From: Podarcis cretensis
Taxonomy: Eukaryota
DNA length: 64,000 nucleotides
Direction of reading: 5' to 3'
Assembly (NCBI GenBank): GCA_951804945.1
Contig: OX638150.1
Coordinates: 43,896,001-43,960,000, forward strand
Below are positions 40,084 through 53,849 of the stretch, in pieces. The translations under genes and the position numbers were made by a program. The notes below the pieces were generated by a model that had not been told where the DNA came from, searched no databases, and saw nothing but the letters and a program-made list of their open reading frames with translations. How positions within the stretch are numbered: the stretch's first letter is position 1; each line of letters starts with the position of its first letter.

Positions 40084-42280
40084 CTCTACCTGAATTGAAT
40101 ACATAACAGTTACTTAACCTATTCAGAGACTGAATCACAGACACTTCCCTAAACTTGCTTAAAATTCTAATTTCAATCATGGTGCAGGGGTGGTCTAGCA
40201 CCCAATGTTGCTGCAGAAACAATGTCACAGGTGGTGAAAAGCGAATGCGGGTGCAGGGAGTGGGAAATATTCTAGGGCCATTTCACCAACTAGGCCTCTG
40301 GCAAAGTGGTCATTCCTCAAACTGCTGGTCAGTGATGCCTTGGATGTATGGTTGAAATATCATGGAAATTCTTGATATTTCATGGGCTTCTCCTTGAAAA
40401 TGGTGATGCAATCCAAGCCCACATACCCACCTGAAAGAAGTGGAGAGAGGATAATTAAGAAAATACATGCTTCTAACGGACTTTGCAGCTTTCCTATTAA
40501 TTCTTCAGATTTCCCTCTGAATAAGTGATTGCAACTAGCATTTGCTGATTAACATGGGATGCAACTGTCCAACTTTGGGACTACAAGTGGTTGAGCTATA
40601 AGTACGGATGCCTCGGATGTCCTCTGTTCTGTTTCCAAATGTGCTGCCTTGACTTAAAATGGATGGAGGACCTGTGGCCCTCCAGAAGTTGGGCTTCCAG
40701 CCAGCATGGCCAGGAAGGATGGAAGCCGTAATGCAGCACCAGCATCTTAGGCCCTACAGATGCTCTTACACTCTGAGGATCCTTAGGCTGTAGTTCTATA
40801 CCTGCTTACTGTGGGATAAGCTCAGTCAAAGTGAGTAGAACCTACAGCTGAGTACAGGGTTGTTAGTTACTTTCAGCACTATGTGGCATTTAAATTGAGA
40901 CTAACCCAAAAGCAGCTGGGTTGTCAACGATGAACATCCCTACAGAACAAATTCATTCAGGACTGGCATACTAGAAGTATCAACGTTTGTGGTGCTTACA
41001 ACCAGAAGTTGATCTTTTAAAACAATAATGTGCTGCTCCTGTTTAGCTATGAATATTTAACCTCGTGGCTAATGGTGGGCCCTGATGCATTGTCCTGCAG
41101 CATAAACACACACAAAAAGGCAACCAAAGCAATGAAGTATCTGAAATACTTTGAGGAAAGGCCAAAATACTTGAAGCTTTATAATTAAATGGAAGAGGGG
41201 AGGGATAAATTGTGTGTGTTGTGGCAAGAGTCCATCTCTTCCCTACATACAGGCCTTGCTTCCGCCCCTGACAAACAGACCATGACGTGATGGCCACTGG
41301 CCCCAGTGCAGGGTCTAGCACTAGCTGTTTGCCATGATAAACTAAATGGACACACCTGATTCAGAGGCAGTCTACCTCTGACAGCCAGCTGGCAGTCTAG
41401 CCACTCTCAAAAACAGGATGCTGAAGTGGATGAACTCTGTCTGAGGCCATGGAAGTCTTTATGTTCCTCATTCTGACTTCAATGTACCTTTGGGAGTAGA
41501 TAATAAATTAGGATTGATTCCCCCCCCCCTCCTCCAAGAAGATTTACAATGAAAGCAACAGCTCTGTGGCTGATAACTGTGTGTAAGGAAAGATTCTGCT
41601 TCAGTAAAAAATAGTAAAGGACTTTGAATTCCCATTGTGCTGATCCTTCGTTGCTTTCAACTTGGTAGCCACTGTAGGGAGTTCCAGATTAGGTCACTGT
41701 CGAGTTCACAATTATTATTCCGTTCTTCCTTAGAAGTGATTGCATGCTGCGCTTTGTGCTGGACTTCAGTAACATAACTGCATATTGAGGATGGGAATGG
41801 GGTGAGGGAAGATCAGAGGCTTTTGGTTTAAAGGATAATAACTCCTGGCTCCCATTAGAGGGTCCATTTGATCAATCCACTAAGCTTGCATCTGTTTATA
41901 AGATGCTGAACTGGACTTTTTGCATGGCAAGCAACCATAACAGGACTCCTTGCCCAGGCAAAGCCTGTATTCCTTGGAACAAAATAATAGTTTGTGTGGG
42001 TCTTGGGAATGGCAAAAAAGCAAAAAAATAAAATAGAACTAAGTCTGGGGGAAATCCTGCTACAACCAATTTTTTTAGGGTAAGGTATAGGGGGCCCAGC
42101 TGCACAAATACAAATTATGGAAAGCAGGCTATGATAGACACCTTACAAATAGAACTGCATACTTGGTATAGCATTTTTTATTTTTAATAATATTGCTTTG
42201 GATGTAGGTAGGTTGGAGAATCTGCACAGGAACTCAAGGGAAAATATATGCTGCTAGGACACTTTTGAGACCGCTTAGTG

Positions 42281-42648
42281 GCGCAGGTGGCGCTGTGGGT
42301 TAAAGCCTCAGCGCCTAGGGCTTGCCGATCGAAACGTCGGCGGTTCGAATCCCTGCGGCGGGGTGCGCTCCCGCTGCTCGGCCCAGCGCCTGCCAACCTA
42401 GCAGTTCGAAAGCACCTCCGGGTGCAAGTAGATAAATAGGGACCGCTTACCAGCGGGAAGGTAAACGGCGTTTCCGTGTGCTGCTCTGGCTCTGGCTCTG
42501 GCCAGAGCAGCGATGTCACGCTGGCCACGTGACCCGGAAGTGTCTCCAGACAGCGCTGGCCCCTGGCCTCTTAAGTGAGATGGGCGCACAACCCCAGAGT
42601 CTGTCAAGACTGGCCCGTACGGGCAGGGGTACCTTTACCTTTACCTTT
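42281..42648 (+). mobile_element. Sauria (Squam1) SINE
   Basis: GGTGGCGCTGTGGGTTAAA head, GGTTCGAATCC B-box, AACCTAGCAGTTCGAAAGCA core, (ACCTTT)3 tail; TTAGTG at both junctions. Confidence 0.9.
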
Positions 42649-43786
42649 AGTGTGCCATTCCAACATGTCACTCAGTCACAGTCATTAATTCCAATGGGTG
42701 TGCTCTAAGATTGGTTGATAAATTTCAATGGACGGGATTTACCTAACCAGCCCCTCAGCAGAAGCACCACACAAGCTTGCCCCTGCACACCATGTCACAC
42801 CCAAAAATTGGTTATTTTGGCAAGGTGTGTGTGCATCAGAAGAACTCCAAGAATAGTACACAGGAGGAGAGGGAAATGATTCTATCCAAACAGCTGAAAG
42901 AGTGATGTTGACTTCCACCAAATATTTCCTGAGTAAAAGCCTGAGGGTGCCACTTAAGTCATTGGGACTTAAAAGGTAAACACGCATCCCTTTACGTCAT
43001 TTTGCTACAGCAAATCATTCTGTGAACTACAGCAGGAACAGTTGCGAGCTCTTAAATAAAAGTCTCTTTCAGTACGCAAACTGCAGCTGCACCTGTCAGC
43101 CAAGCTTTAAGGTACAGGGGCTAGAGATGAATGTATTGGTGTTGCCCACTGTGTGCAGACTGCATCTTTTAAAGCCTATCCATATCCTTTTGATGACATA
43201 ATAGACACAGCAGAACTGTGCCAGCAGCTTCTACTTTGTAGTTTTACTTGAGCACACAGAAGAACCGGCTAACCATCATTACCGACAACCAATTTTGTTG
43301 TGGTTACAATAATAGAGCGTTCCATTAACAGAAGGAAGATGCCACCTGTCCCATGCTTCATAAGGGTAGGCGAAGAGTACAGAGCTAGCAGTTCAAATGG
43401 TTAAATCTCTTATCCAGGCCTGAATTGGTACCTAATTTTGAAGCAATTTGTACCCATAATGCAGGACCCCAAACCATTGTCCAGTATATGCAAGTCTTTT
43501 AAATGTACACTGCAAATGTAGAATTTGGAGCTGGATACAGGATTCAGGCCTGATATGGAACTGCATTGCAGCATGTCATCCAAGGAACCAGTCTAGGCAC
43601 CAATATTAAGGTGAAGTTGCTAGGGAAAGAGTTTTAGGGAAGATGAAGAAAGCAATTCACCACAAGCGCAAAATTGTATTAGAACTGAAACCTATTTTGA
43701 GGAAATAAATATATTACATCCTGAACATATAAGCCCCCCCCCCCCATTTTGAAACATGGACACAACAGCGGAAACTCAAGTTCATC

Positions 43787-43792
43787 TTTATT
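43787..43792 (-). terminator. PRR36-like polyadenylation signal
   Basis: AATAAA on the minus strand, with U-rich upstream and GU-rich downstream sequence, ~1.95 kb after the stop. Confidence 0.7.
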
Positions 43793-45720
43793 TTAAGAAA
43801 CTAAGAAAAATCTCTCATAATTTATCACCAACAATGTGCTACATTACAAAAGCAGTCACACACATGCAAACTTCAGGAGGGGGGGCGGGAAACCACACAC
43901 CTTGTTACAGTTAATAAGGCTCCATTTCCAATGATATCACTACACAAAAAGCTACAGTTCCATCGAGTTGTAAGAGATACCCCCCAAACCCTGCATTCAA
44001 GGCACATGTAGCTGCATGGACAAGAGTTGCCAAGAGGAAAACCATTTCTGAAGGCATGGAAGAGAAGGACCATATTGTCATGCAGACGATAGGTTTCGCA
44101 GTTGGGCTACTTCCCGCCATAGCAATTCATAATGCCTGGGCACTTTCAGTCCCACAAGGCAGGGCTAACCAACATGGGCGCCTTATCCCTACCTAGAAAA
44201 CAAGCTTCTCCATCTCATGTAACATTTCCCAAGCAGCACTAATCTCTCAAGGTAATTGACTCAAGAATCCTAAATTCTGCCATCTCCATTGTAGCAGGCA
44301 GAAATGGAGGAAAGTAACGCGTCAAAGGCATCTCTACCTCTGCACTGCTCAAGAGTTTCTCTAGCAAGTGGTCCTGTGCTACGTGCCCAAGTATGCGGAG
44401 GTGAAGGAGAATTTTTTTTATTCTTTAAATCCCTGTGATGGGACATGGGTGTCCCACAACTGGCATGTGGGGTAAAGGCGGTAATTTTGTCCCACTTAAT
44501 ACCAGCAAATGCTAGGCCTTTACTAGAAAAAAAAAAAGATGCAGTGTTTCATCGCCATTAAAGTCTGTTACAGCAGAGTCCCACAGTAAAAAGTGTCAAT
44601 TGCATTTGTCCATCATCAAAGAAAGGAAATCCCTGGGCATGGCAAAGCACCATAGGAAACCTGCAGGTTGCTACTGTTGTGCCAATATTGAGAGACAGGA
44701 TAGCACAGGCATTGGCATTGCAATCTTGTCCACTTCTCTATACTGCTGAACTTTGGGTTCAAGCTCCCAGGAAGAAGACACCCTGTACCAAACAATTCCC
44801 AAAGAGATTCTCATTATCCTTTCCCCTGGACAGGGTACAGATGTCTATGTAAAAAAAACCAAGTTGATGGGCACTTAAGATGGCAAACCACATACCAGCA
44901 CAAGCCCTCCCACCAAACACACACACTTTGAAACTTGGGGCATGACCCGCTCCTGAAAAGTACAGAAATGCCTAAAGACAGAGCAGTTCCTCCTCACTTG
45001 TAGATGCTCCCCCCCCCTTATGTCATTGGAGGGGCAATTTCATGTGTTGCTCTTTCAGGGGAAAGAGGTAGAAATGCCTTTCTCCCAAGAGCAAGCAGTT
45101 TGCTTTAGAAGGGTTCCCTGTATCTGTAGTCAGCTATGAGAAATGAGGCACGTGAACACTTTCTGCCAACCTAGAAAACGTCTGCCAGCCTTTGTAGCCA
45201 TTAATTGCCAATAAATCCATGTGGAACTCCAAGGCCACATCAGTAGCTGTATCAGACAGTTGCTTATCTATGGCTGGGGGAAGCCCCCAGGCAAGTAGAG
45301 AAAGTATTGCTATGTCAACCAAAAGCAGAGGGGTGTGGTCTCCCCCCCCCAGCACTTACCAGGCGAAGTTGCACAGGCCTATCTCAAGTGTAGAAGCTGC
45401 CCCATATCACTGAAAACCCAAACAAAATGTAGAGGGGGTCCAATGAGCTAAAAGCAGCTCAAAAGTGAATTTGCACTTTCTGGCAAGTGGCAAAAACAGT
45501 GGCTAAGCTACAGTAAAAGCCAATAGAGCAATCATCTCAGATAGTGTTTCTCATTAGCTGCCCAAGAGATCAGAAGGGGAGGAGGAACACCCCCGCAGTT
45601 GGCTAACACTAGGTTCTGAAGTCTCTACAGGAACGGCTGGATCGTACCTAAGGGGAAGGGTGTTGTGGGGAAACAAGTCAAAATGCCCAAGGGAAACTTT
45701 CCATTTCCAAGGAAACAAAT

Positions 45721-46269
<549 letters not shown>

Positions 46270-48294
46270 TTAAAAAGAAAACCTGAGATGCTTCTCAGTC
46301 TGGCAAGAGCTGCCTTCAAAGGTTGCCGTTATCTATTGACTGAACCCACCACCACTGCAATGCCTGGGCTGTGCAGAACCCTTTTGTTCAGGTCCCCTAC
46401 TTTGTCTCCCTCTAGTATTGTCCCATCCAGATATGGGGCCAGCTTAATGGACATACAACAGCTGTAGGAACTGCATGGGGACCTGGCTAGGGTTGCCTTT
46501 TGGGATTCCCAAGCAACTCCCCATTCACTCATGGTCCCTGTCAGACAGCCACTCCCAAGTTTCTCAAGATGACAGGTTGGGCAGGTGGGCAATTAATTCT
46601 TAAGAACTTCATTGGCTTTATAAAACTTAAGCTAGTTCTTAAATCAGAGTTATTTCTTCTCAACAGCGTCTATACTTTCGCGAGTCCTGGTTTACCATTT
46701 TACTTAAAAAGCCAACCAGCAGCAGAAAGATGTATCCATCAAGGAAGTTGTAGTTAAGTTGCCAGTCAGCTCTGCCATTCTCTTTTGACAAAACAGAACA
46801 CCCAATCATTCTTACTGGGGACCCAAGTACAGTATCTTTTGGCATGTGACCTTGCTTAGTCCAGTAGGATTTCAACATATTTTGCTCCCTCTAGAATGGC
46901 AATTAGTTTGAACACTCCCCCATTTCACTACACCTATCGCTTCTAAAGAGATCAACCTATGCTCTTCCTACCACCCTACGGAAGGTCACAAGGTTAAGGT
47001 ATCATATTCCAAGATTACAACTATAACAAAGCTGGTTTGCCTAGATCAGTTGCCTTAGCCAACTTCATAGGACTATAGTGGGGGGGTGGGTCCTCATGGA
47101 CCATAGAATCCCCTGCTTGATGCTGGAATTTCTGAGCTAAAACATCTCCAGCAGAGGGCTGCCTAGCTTCTGCTCAAAGACCTCCATCCCCCTAGATAAT
47201 TGGGTTAGCTGCCTAACTGGTCCTTGCCATCAACAGGTTTCTCCTGTTACTTAAGCCTTAGGTCTAGTCCAGGCCTCTGGAGCAGCAGAGTGGGTTTTTC
47301 CCTCTTCCATGGTATTCAGTCCCATTTCTAGAAAGCTCTCCTCCCTGCTAGCTGCATTAGAAGAGGCCTGCTCAAATTTCAATTCCTCTTATATTTGATA
47401 AGGTGAGACTCACTTTAGGGGAGCTGCCTGCAAGACTAGTCTGAAGATTGCCATAAGTATAACCCCTACCCACCAAATGCTCTGCAGAGCCTTTTTTTGG
47501 CAGGGCTTCATCCAGTTCATGAGAGAGAAGCAAACAGTGATGGGATCCCATAAAGGAAAATAACCTTCAAGGAACAGGGAGGCTCCAGGGTCACTAGGAA
47601 GCAACTACTAGGCTCAAGGGCTGCTGAACAAGGCTAGGAAAGTGTATTGACCTTGATGGATTAAAATTCTACCCAGCTCTGCAAAATATTCCCATGATTC
47701 ACTGCTGCCAATATGCCAGTCAGATTTGCCCCAGTTCATGTGCAAAACCAACCAAGGTTTCTGGGCTACTTGAGCACACAAGAGGCAGCTCTCAATGACA
47801 GGGCTCCACACTGCGTCCCTAACACCTGAGCAACTTTGAAAAATACGTGGACTGTCCCTGGCGAGATCTCGGAAGCAAAGCCACTTACAGCCGCGTTCAG
47901 TTAGGGCTCTCCACTCTCTCCAAGCCCCCAACCCCCCCACCTCAAAATGGTAGGGAACAGATCTCCTGGAAAAACAAGACAGGCCAGATCAGATAGACAA
48001 AGTGATGCTTTATTCAACATATCAAGACTAAGAAGTTTACCCTTCTCAGAAAACACGCTAAAATACACACAGTTTCCCGCGAAGAAAAGGGGTTGTCGAG
48101 ATTTGGGGGGGGGGAGAGGTATCAAACACAAAGAGACAAAAAAAAGTATGCCTGTTTGGCTAGAAACACAGATGGAACAGGTGCACATGGAAGGAGAGGG
48201 GCCGTCTTCCTTCCCTACAGGGTACTATTGCACATTGAGATACCACAGGTTGGCACTTTTGACACAGACAAGGCAGGTTTCCTCTATACGTTAC

Positions 48295-51003
48295 CTGCAG
48301 CCAAGCTATAAGTGGCAGCGGAAGGCTGGGATGACTCTTCCCCCTGCCCTCCAGGCGTCTTCTGGGGAGCTGGCGAGGCCTGCAAGGAATGCTGCTCCCA
48401 ATCCACGGGGGCCTTGCTGCCGGTCTCTTTGGGGAGCTGGTCCTTGCTGCCCTCTTCGCTCTCGAGGGAAGAGAGGCCGGGGCTCTTCCCACAGCTGTCG
48501 GTGGAGTGGAGGTGGAAGGCGCCAAAGACGTCGCAAGAGGCGGCAGAGTTGGTGGAGGCCGGGGTCTCAGTGCCAGCGTCGCCGGAGCCCGGCTCGTCAG
48601 ACTCCTCCACGGAGTGGGGCAAGGACGGCTTGCCCGGGAAAGAAGTCGACAGGCACACGGCTGTTTTGGCGAAGCCCGGGTCCTTCAGGAGATCAGCGTC
48701 CAGCTCGGCTTCCTCCTCGGAGGACACGGTGGGCTCAGTGGGCGGGTCGCCAAGGACTTCGTCAGCAGGCAGGGTCTCCGCCTCATCGTCTCCCTTCTCC
48801 ATGTGGATGCCCAGGTCCAGCTCGCCGGGCAGGTCCTCCAGGGGGCTCAGGAGCTGGTGGCAGGTCTGCTCCAGTTTCTCCTCCGACTTGGACTCCACCC
48901 CGGAGCTGCTGTCATAGTCCAGCAGTTCCTCGGGGGTGCTGGTCTCGCTGCTGCTCTTGCCTGCCAAATCGGGTCCACTTAAAGTGCTGGACTTTGAAGA
49001 GGAGCCTCCCCTCTCCGGAGACGGGCTCGTGGTCAGCACTGTGCTACTCAGCAGCAAGTCTGGGAGCTCGGGGAGCTGGGCGGGAGGCTCCTGCAGCAGC
49101 TCAAGGCTCTTCAGGGGCAGGGTCTGGGGTTTGTGCACCAACACCTGAGCCACACCGCTCGGAGAGAGCTCCCCTGAGAGATGGGGCCAGAAGCCTGGAG
49201 CTTCCCCCGCAGGAGCCTCCTCTTGGTTCAGGTTACCCACACACATTTCCAGGAGCAATGGATCATCACCACCACCATCATCCACAGGGCCTCCAACTGC
49301 GGGGTGTCCACCCAAACAACTGCACGGGTCGGTGTGGGCTACAGAAGGCTCTCCAACAAATTCTGTGGGAAGCAAGCTTTCAGGGGTCTGGAGAGAGACT
49401 GGGGCCTGGTCCTGAACAAACTCACCAATTACAGAAGGTTCTGCTGCATGCGGAGACTGCAGGAGTTCATCTTCAGTATAAATGGCAGCTGTGTGTGGAG
49501 CCTGTGGAGAAGTGACCACTTCCTGTGTTACGTCACCACATTCAGCTGCAAGCTCTAGCGGGCTTCTCCTCAGCCTCTCAGTCTCTGCCTCCAGTGGGGC
49601 CCTGTCCACCTGCCGCTCCACCTCTGGGCTACGAGGCAGGCTTAGGACCTCATCCACTTCATGTTCGGCTGCCCAAGGCTCTGCCATAGTTTCCGGGGGA
49701 GGACTTGCCTGGCTGAACGAGGAGGGCTGCTCCGCTGTGAGGACAGACACCTCTGGGGCTTCTGCTGTCTGTGCCAGAGGTTTGGCAGTTTGGGCCTCTT
49801 CAAGCAACCCAAAATCTGAAACCAAGGACCTGGGAGAATGAAATCCTTCTACACAGCTTGGCATGGGGACACCTTCCCCAGTGGACACCTGGGTGCCAGG
49901 TGACGAGAGGTGGCTTATGCCTTCACAAGGCTCTTCTGCCTCAAGCAGTAAGTGCGGCTGCTCAACAGCCACTGGAACATCAAGGCGCGGAAAGACTTGC
50001 TCCTCTAAGTACTCAGAGTCTGTGCCTGCCTGCCTAGTCTGGGAAGATTCCAGCGTTGAAGTTTGGGAAGCAAGCCCCGAATCAACAGGAAGGGATGGTT
50101 CGTAAGTGCAAGCTGCCTGCAAGCCCAGTATTTCGCCACCAGGGACATTCAGGACCTCAGAGGCGGCCAAATCATGTATCTCGTCATGATACACATCTTG
50201 CGGAGGCAGAGAGACCAGAGGTGCCTCGAGGACTGCTGGATGCGTCTCAGTGGGAGAGGAAGAGACCGTCACATCTTGTGGGCTAGACGAAGCCAGAGGC
50301 GCCACAAGGACCGCTGGATGCGTCTCGGTGGGAGTGGAAGAGACCGTCACATCTTCCTGATCAAGCGAGGACAGGGGTGCCTCAAGAGCGGCTGGAGTTA
50401 GCACTTTCATGCTGGGATATGCAGCCCAGTCTTCCCCTTCCAAGCCCCCTGGCTCCAACTGCTCAGTCGCCACTGCTTCCACCCTGAAGGTCTCAGACAC
50501 TGCCTCTTGGGAGTCTAGCAAGGAAACAGTCTCTACCTCTGCTGCAGGGTCTAATTGCTCTATGGGCCCTGCCTCCTCTATGGAGATGCTTTCTGCTTCA
50601 CCAGTGACCACCATGGCATGCCCTTCCTTGGCCTTCTGGACCTTCTTTGGAGAGGGGGCCTGCTCTTGGCTAGGAAGGGCATCTTTCTTGGGGGGCTTCT
50701 TGCCTGGACTGCCCCCGGCAGGAGAAGCCTTGGAAGCAGAGGCAGCCGCTCTTTGTGGCGTGGGCGGATGCAAAGTCCCACCAGCCGCCTTGGCAGGAGT
50801 TCTGGGCTTAGTGGACTCCGAGAACTTCTTCGAGGAAAGCTTGGTATTCGGAAGGGCGGCCGCATTCCTTTGCCCGAGGTTTTGCTCGGACTGAGATTTG
50901 GAGCTTGGGAGTTTGGGGTGCCTGGAGGGGGCAGGCGGCATCTTCACAGCAGGGTTTGATCTTGAAGGCTTGGCCTTTGAGGTCGCGACAGCTCTGGAAG
51001 CAT
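48295..51003 (-). CDS. PRR36: PRR36-like large exon (2709 nt; basic start, long acidic low-complexity region, SSSETSTPEEL motif)
   Basis: Lies inside the 955-aa ORF 48284-51151. TTCCAG|AT acceptor, CAG|GTAAC donor, phase 1-1. DLAGKSSSETSTPEELLDYDS resembles the KIAA1107/BTBD8 family motif. Confidence 0.85.
50193..50396 (-). repeat. Coding 78-bp (26-aa) tandem repeat, ~2.6 copies
   Basis: ACATCTT units at 50193, 50271 and 50349; peptide PAvLeAPL.S..pqDVTVSS.PTETH. Confidence 0.9.
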
Positions 51004-52116
51004 CTGGAATGAGAAATAGTATTTTAAGTCCATTGCAGTGATTGCCAAAGCTGAGCCTCTCACAACATGCGTCAATGCATGCTGGAAGATTTAAGCAGCC
51101 GAAGGTCTGATTCTCATGGCAGCTGCAATTCTGCTCCAAAGCCATAAACATTTACCCATTTTATACCTGCCAACTGGTTTCATACCAAACAACATAAAAG
51201 CCACAGTACCATCACTAGCAATGCTTCGCTATGCACCACTCCCTACCCTAAAGGGATCTCCAACTGCTGCATCCCTTGCCTTATGGAGCCAGAATTTGGG
51301 TCACCTCAAACCCCCTTTGAAATAAGGCACCATTAGCTATAGTTTAATGCAGATATGCAATGCAGGATTCCCCAACCTAGTGCCCATCTGATGTTGAACT
51401 GCAACTCCCACCGTGTTGGATCACTGGTTGTGCTGCCTAGTGCCAATGGGAGTTGAAGTGCAACAACCTCTGGAGGGCACCAGGTTGAGGAAGGCCGGTG
51501 GAATGTATAGTCCCCCAACTAAGGTGGCAGCTCTCACTCTCAGAAAGCCCCTAACTAAAATATCACTTCTGCTATGAACTCACTAGGTGGGCTTCAGCAA
51601 GCAGCTTTCAGCTGGAGGCATGCAACATGGAAATGCCAACCTATCTTCAGAGGATTGAAACTAGATACTGTTACGCGGGTGTATAGAAGTGCTATATAAA
51701 TGGTCTCAATTTCCAGAGGGGAAGCTGTGTTAGTCTGATGCAGCAAAAGTGATGATGCCTACTTGTCCCATGCCTAGAAAGCATGGGTCTGAGCAGTTTC
51801 CCCTCTTTAGCTTGGAATAGGAACAAATAGCAATCTGAAGAAAACCTGATTGCTGTTTGCACCGACAGCGCTAAAGAGGGGTTTCCCCCGGGTTAACAAA
51901 GCAGGACAAGGGGAAGTGTGGAAAAGCCCATAGACTTGAGCCCACTTCATGAGATGCATATATGCTGTGTACTCTTGTGAAGATTTCCTCAATTCCTTGT
52001 TACCCCCCAACTATACATGTCCAAGATTCCACAGAAAGTGGAACTTTTCCCTTTCTGCATTATGCTATGGAAGGCTTCCCATAAGCCACATAGGACCTAC
52101 ATATCTTCACATATAC

Positions 52117-52283
52117 CTCTTTGTGTAGCCGGACTGCTTTTCTGCTGCGCTACTACAGCTTGACCAGCAGCTGGCACTGCCTGCTTAGGTTTCCCCACAC
52201 CTTTGCCGTTGGCTGCGGTGCTATTGGCTGGTGGTCTGTTTAGGGCTGATGCAGTTGAATTCTTGGTCCCTGGCAACCAAGTT
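52117..52283 (-). CDS. PRR36: PRR36-like coding exon 3
   Basis: TTCTGTTTCAG acceptor; RTWLPGTKNSTASALNRPPAN...SSPATQR; 167 nt, phase 2 to 1, fitting both neighbours. Confidence 0.75.
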
Positions 52284-53670
52284 CTGAAACAGAAAGCAAC
52301 AAGATTATGCAGGGGAGAGAGACTGTAGCTCAAGCCTTTCGAACTCACAGAGGCCATTGGTGCCAGCATGCTGGTGCGTTGGCACAAATGCCAGCACTTC
52401 CAAGTCTTTGGCAATTAGCTGTGACTAGAGTGGCAAGGTTATCCCTGACAAATGCCAGCCGTCAAGAGAAGTGTTCCAGTGAGAAAGCTATAAAAAATAG
52501 ATTACAAAAATCAGATCACTTCTTCCGTTCTAGCCGCTCCTTGGGCCTGAAGCAGCTTCAGATCCTCAAAGCAAGTGGGGCGGGGGGGGGGGGGAGGAGA
52601 GGAAACATAAAATTAGCTGTGCTTCCCATTCCTCCACTTGTTTACAACATGCAAATCAGAGCCCTGGGGAAACGCAGAACCTTCCTGGAGAATATCCCCA
52701 CCCCCGACTCTCCAGGCCTTGCCTCCAGGCATTTCCAAGATTAAAAGAGGAAATGCATAAAAGCAAATTAAAAGTAGGTAAATTTACCTCTACAACTGCT
52801 ATTCTCTGCCCACTGCTTTCTTTCTGGTACACCATACAGACTGCCCCAAAGGAAGTCGATGGGGCAAAATTCTGCCTGTAGATTTGCCTTAAGAGGACCA
52901 CTCATTTCTGAAGAGGTGGCAGAGTGAAGATGATTAAACTGATTCCTTTTTTGTAAAGTGTGGCACATCACCAAAACTGGTATTTACTCTAGGCAGGGCA
53001 GCCTCTGCAGTACTTGCCAGCACAGTTCAAAATACTGCTTCAGTAACCATTGCTTTTAGCAGAGAACTGCCTGCTCCAGTGTGCAGTGGGGGAAGCACTG
53101 TACACAAGGCGATTGTGGGCCACATTTTCCTTAATCAGAATGGAAACTACACTTCGGTCGAGTTGGTTCAGGTGCAGCACTGTTACTAAGTGCACCCTAT
53201 TCAGAGACTGCAGAGGTAGGACTCACAGCAGATCCACAAAAACAGTACATGTGGTCATCTATGGGATGCATCGTTAAGTGGGAGGTGCACGTTTTTTGTC
53301 GTTGCTATGGTGGTGTTCAAGAAGCTGGCAGCCCCCCCCGCCAATCACTCATCACTTTACAGACCCACATCCCACTGTCCTCTGCACCTCAGTTCTCTTA
53401 CTTCCTTCTAACAGAAGCAGGGCTGCATCCACTCACTAGGACACGAGTCCTTTGGGCCCTTCAGTGTTGCTGAACTACAACTCCCATCAGGCCCAGCGAG
53501 CATGGCCAACGGTCAGGGATGGTGGGAGTTGTAGTTCAGCAACGTCCAGAGGGCCAAAGGTTGCCCACACCTGCACTAGGATGACAAATAGCTACTGTGG
53601 TGCCCATGGACAGTGCTGGACTCAGGTCAGTCACCCTCTCAGCCTGGCCTGCCTCCTAGGACTGCCTCTG

Positions 53671-53830
53671 GGACAGAAGTACATGCTTTGCACGTACTGT
53701 ATTAGGTACCATACCCAGCATCTCCAGGCAGGGCTGGAAAAGATCCCTCCCTGCGACCCTGAACTGATGCTGCCAGTCAGTGTTGGCAATGCTGAGGTGA
53801 ATGGACTAGCGGTCTGACTCACAGCTCCCT
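53671..53830 (+). mobile_element. Squam3-like SINE abutting the PRR36 coding exon 2 donor
   Basis: CATGCTTTGCA...GCATCTCCAGGCAGGGCTGG...TGCTGCCAGTCAGTG...GGTCTGACTCA motifs. Confidence 0.7.
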
Positions 53831-53849
53831 GCGCTCCTCCGTTCCATAC

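Noticed and set aside
42281-42360. tRNA-like A and B boxes (also at 3335-3395 and 58420-58500)
   Set aside because: These are SINE heads, not tRNA genes: no cloverleaf, and SINE bodies follow.
47947-49515. 522-aa plus-strand ORF
   Set aside because: Antisense shadow of the GC-rich PRR36 exon; Arg/Gly/Pro/Cys-rich composition typical of off-frame reading.
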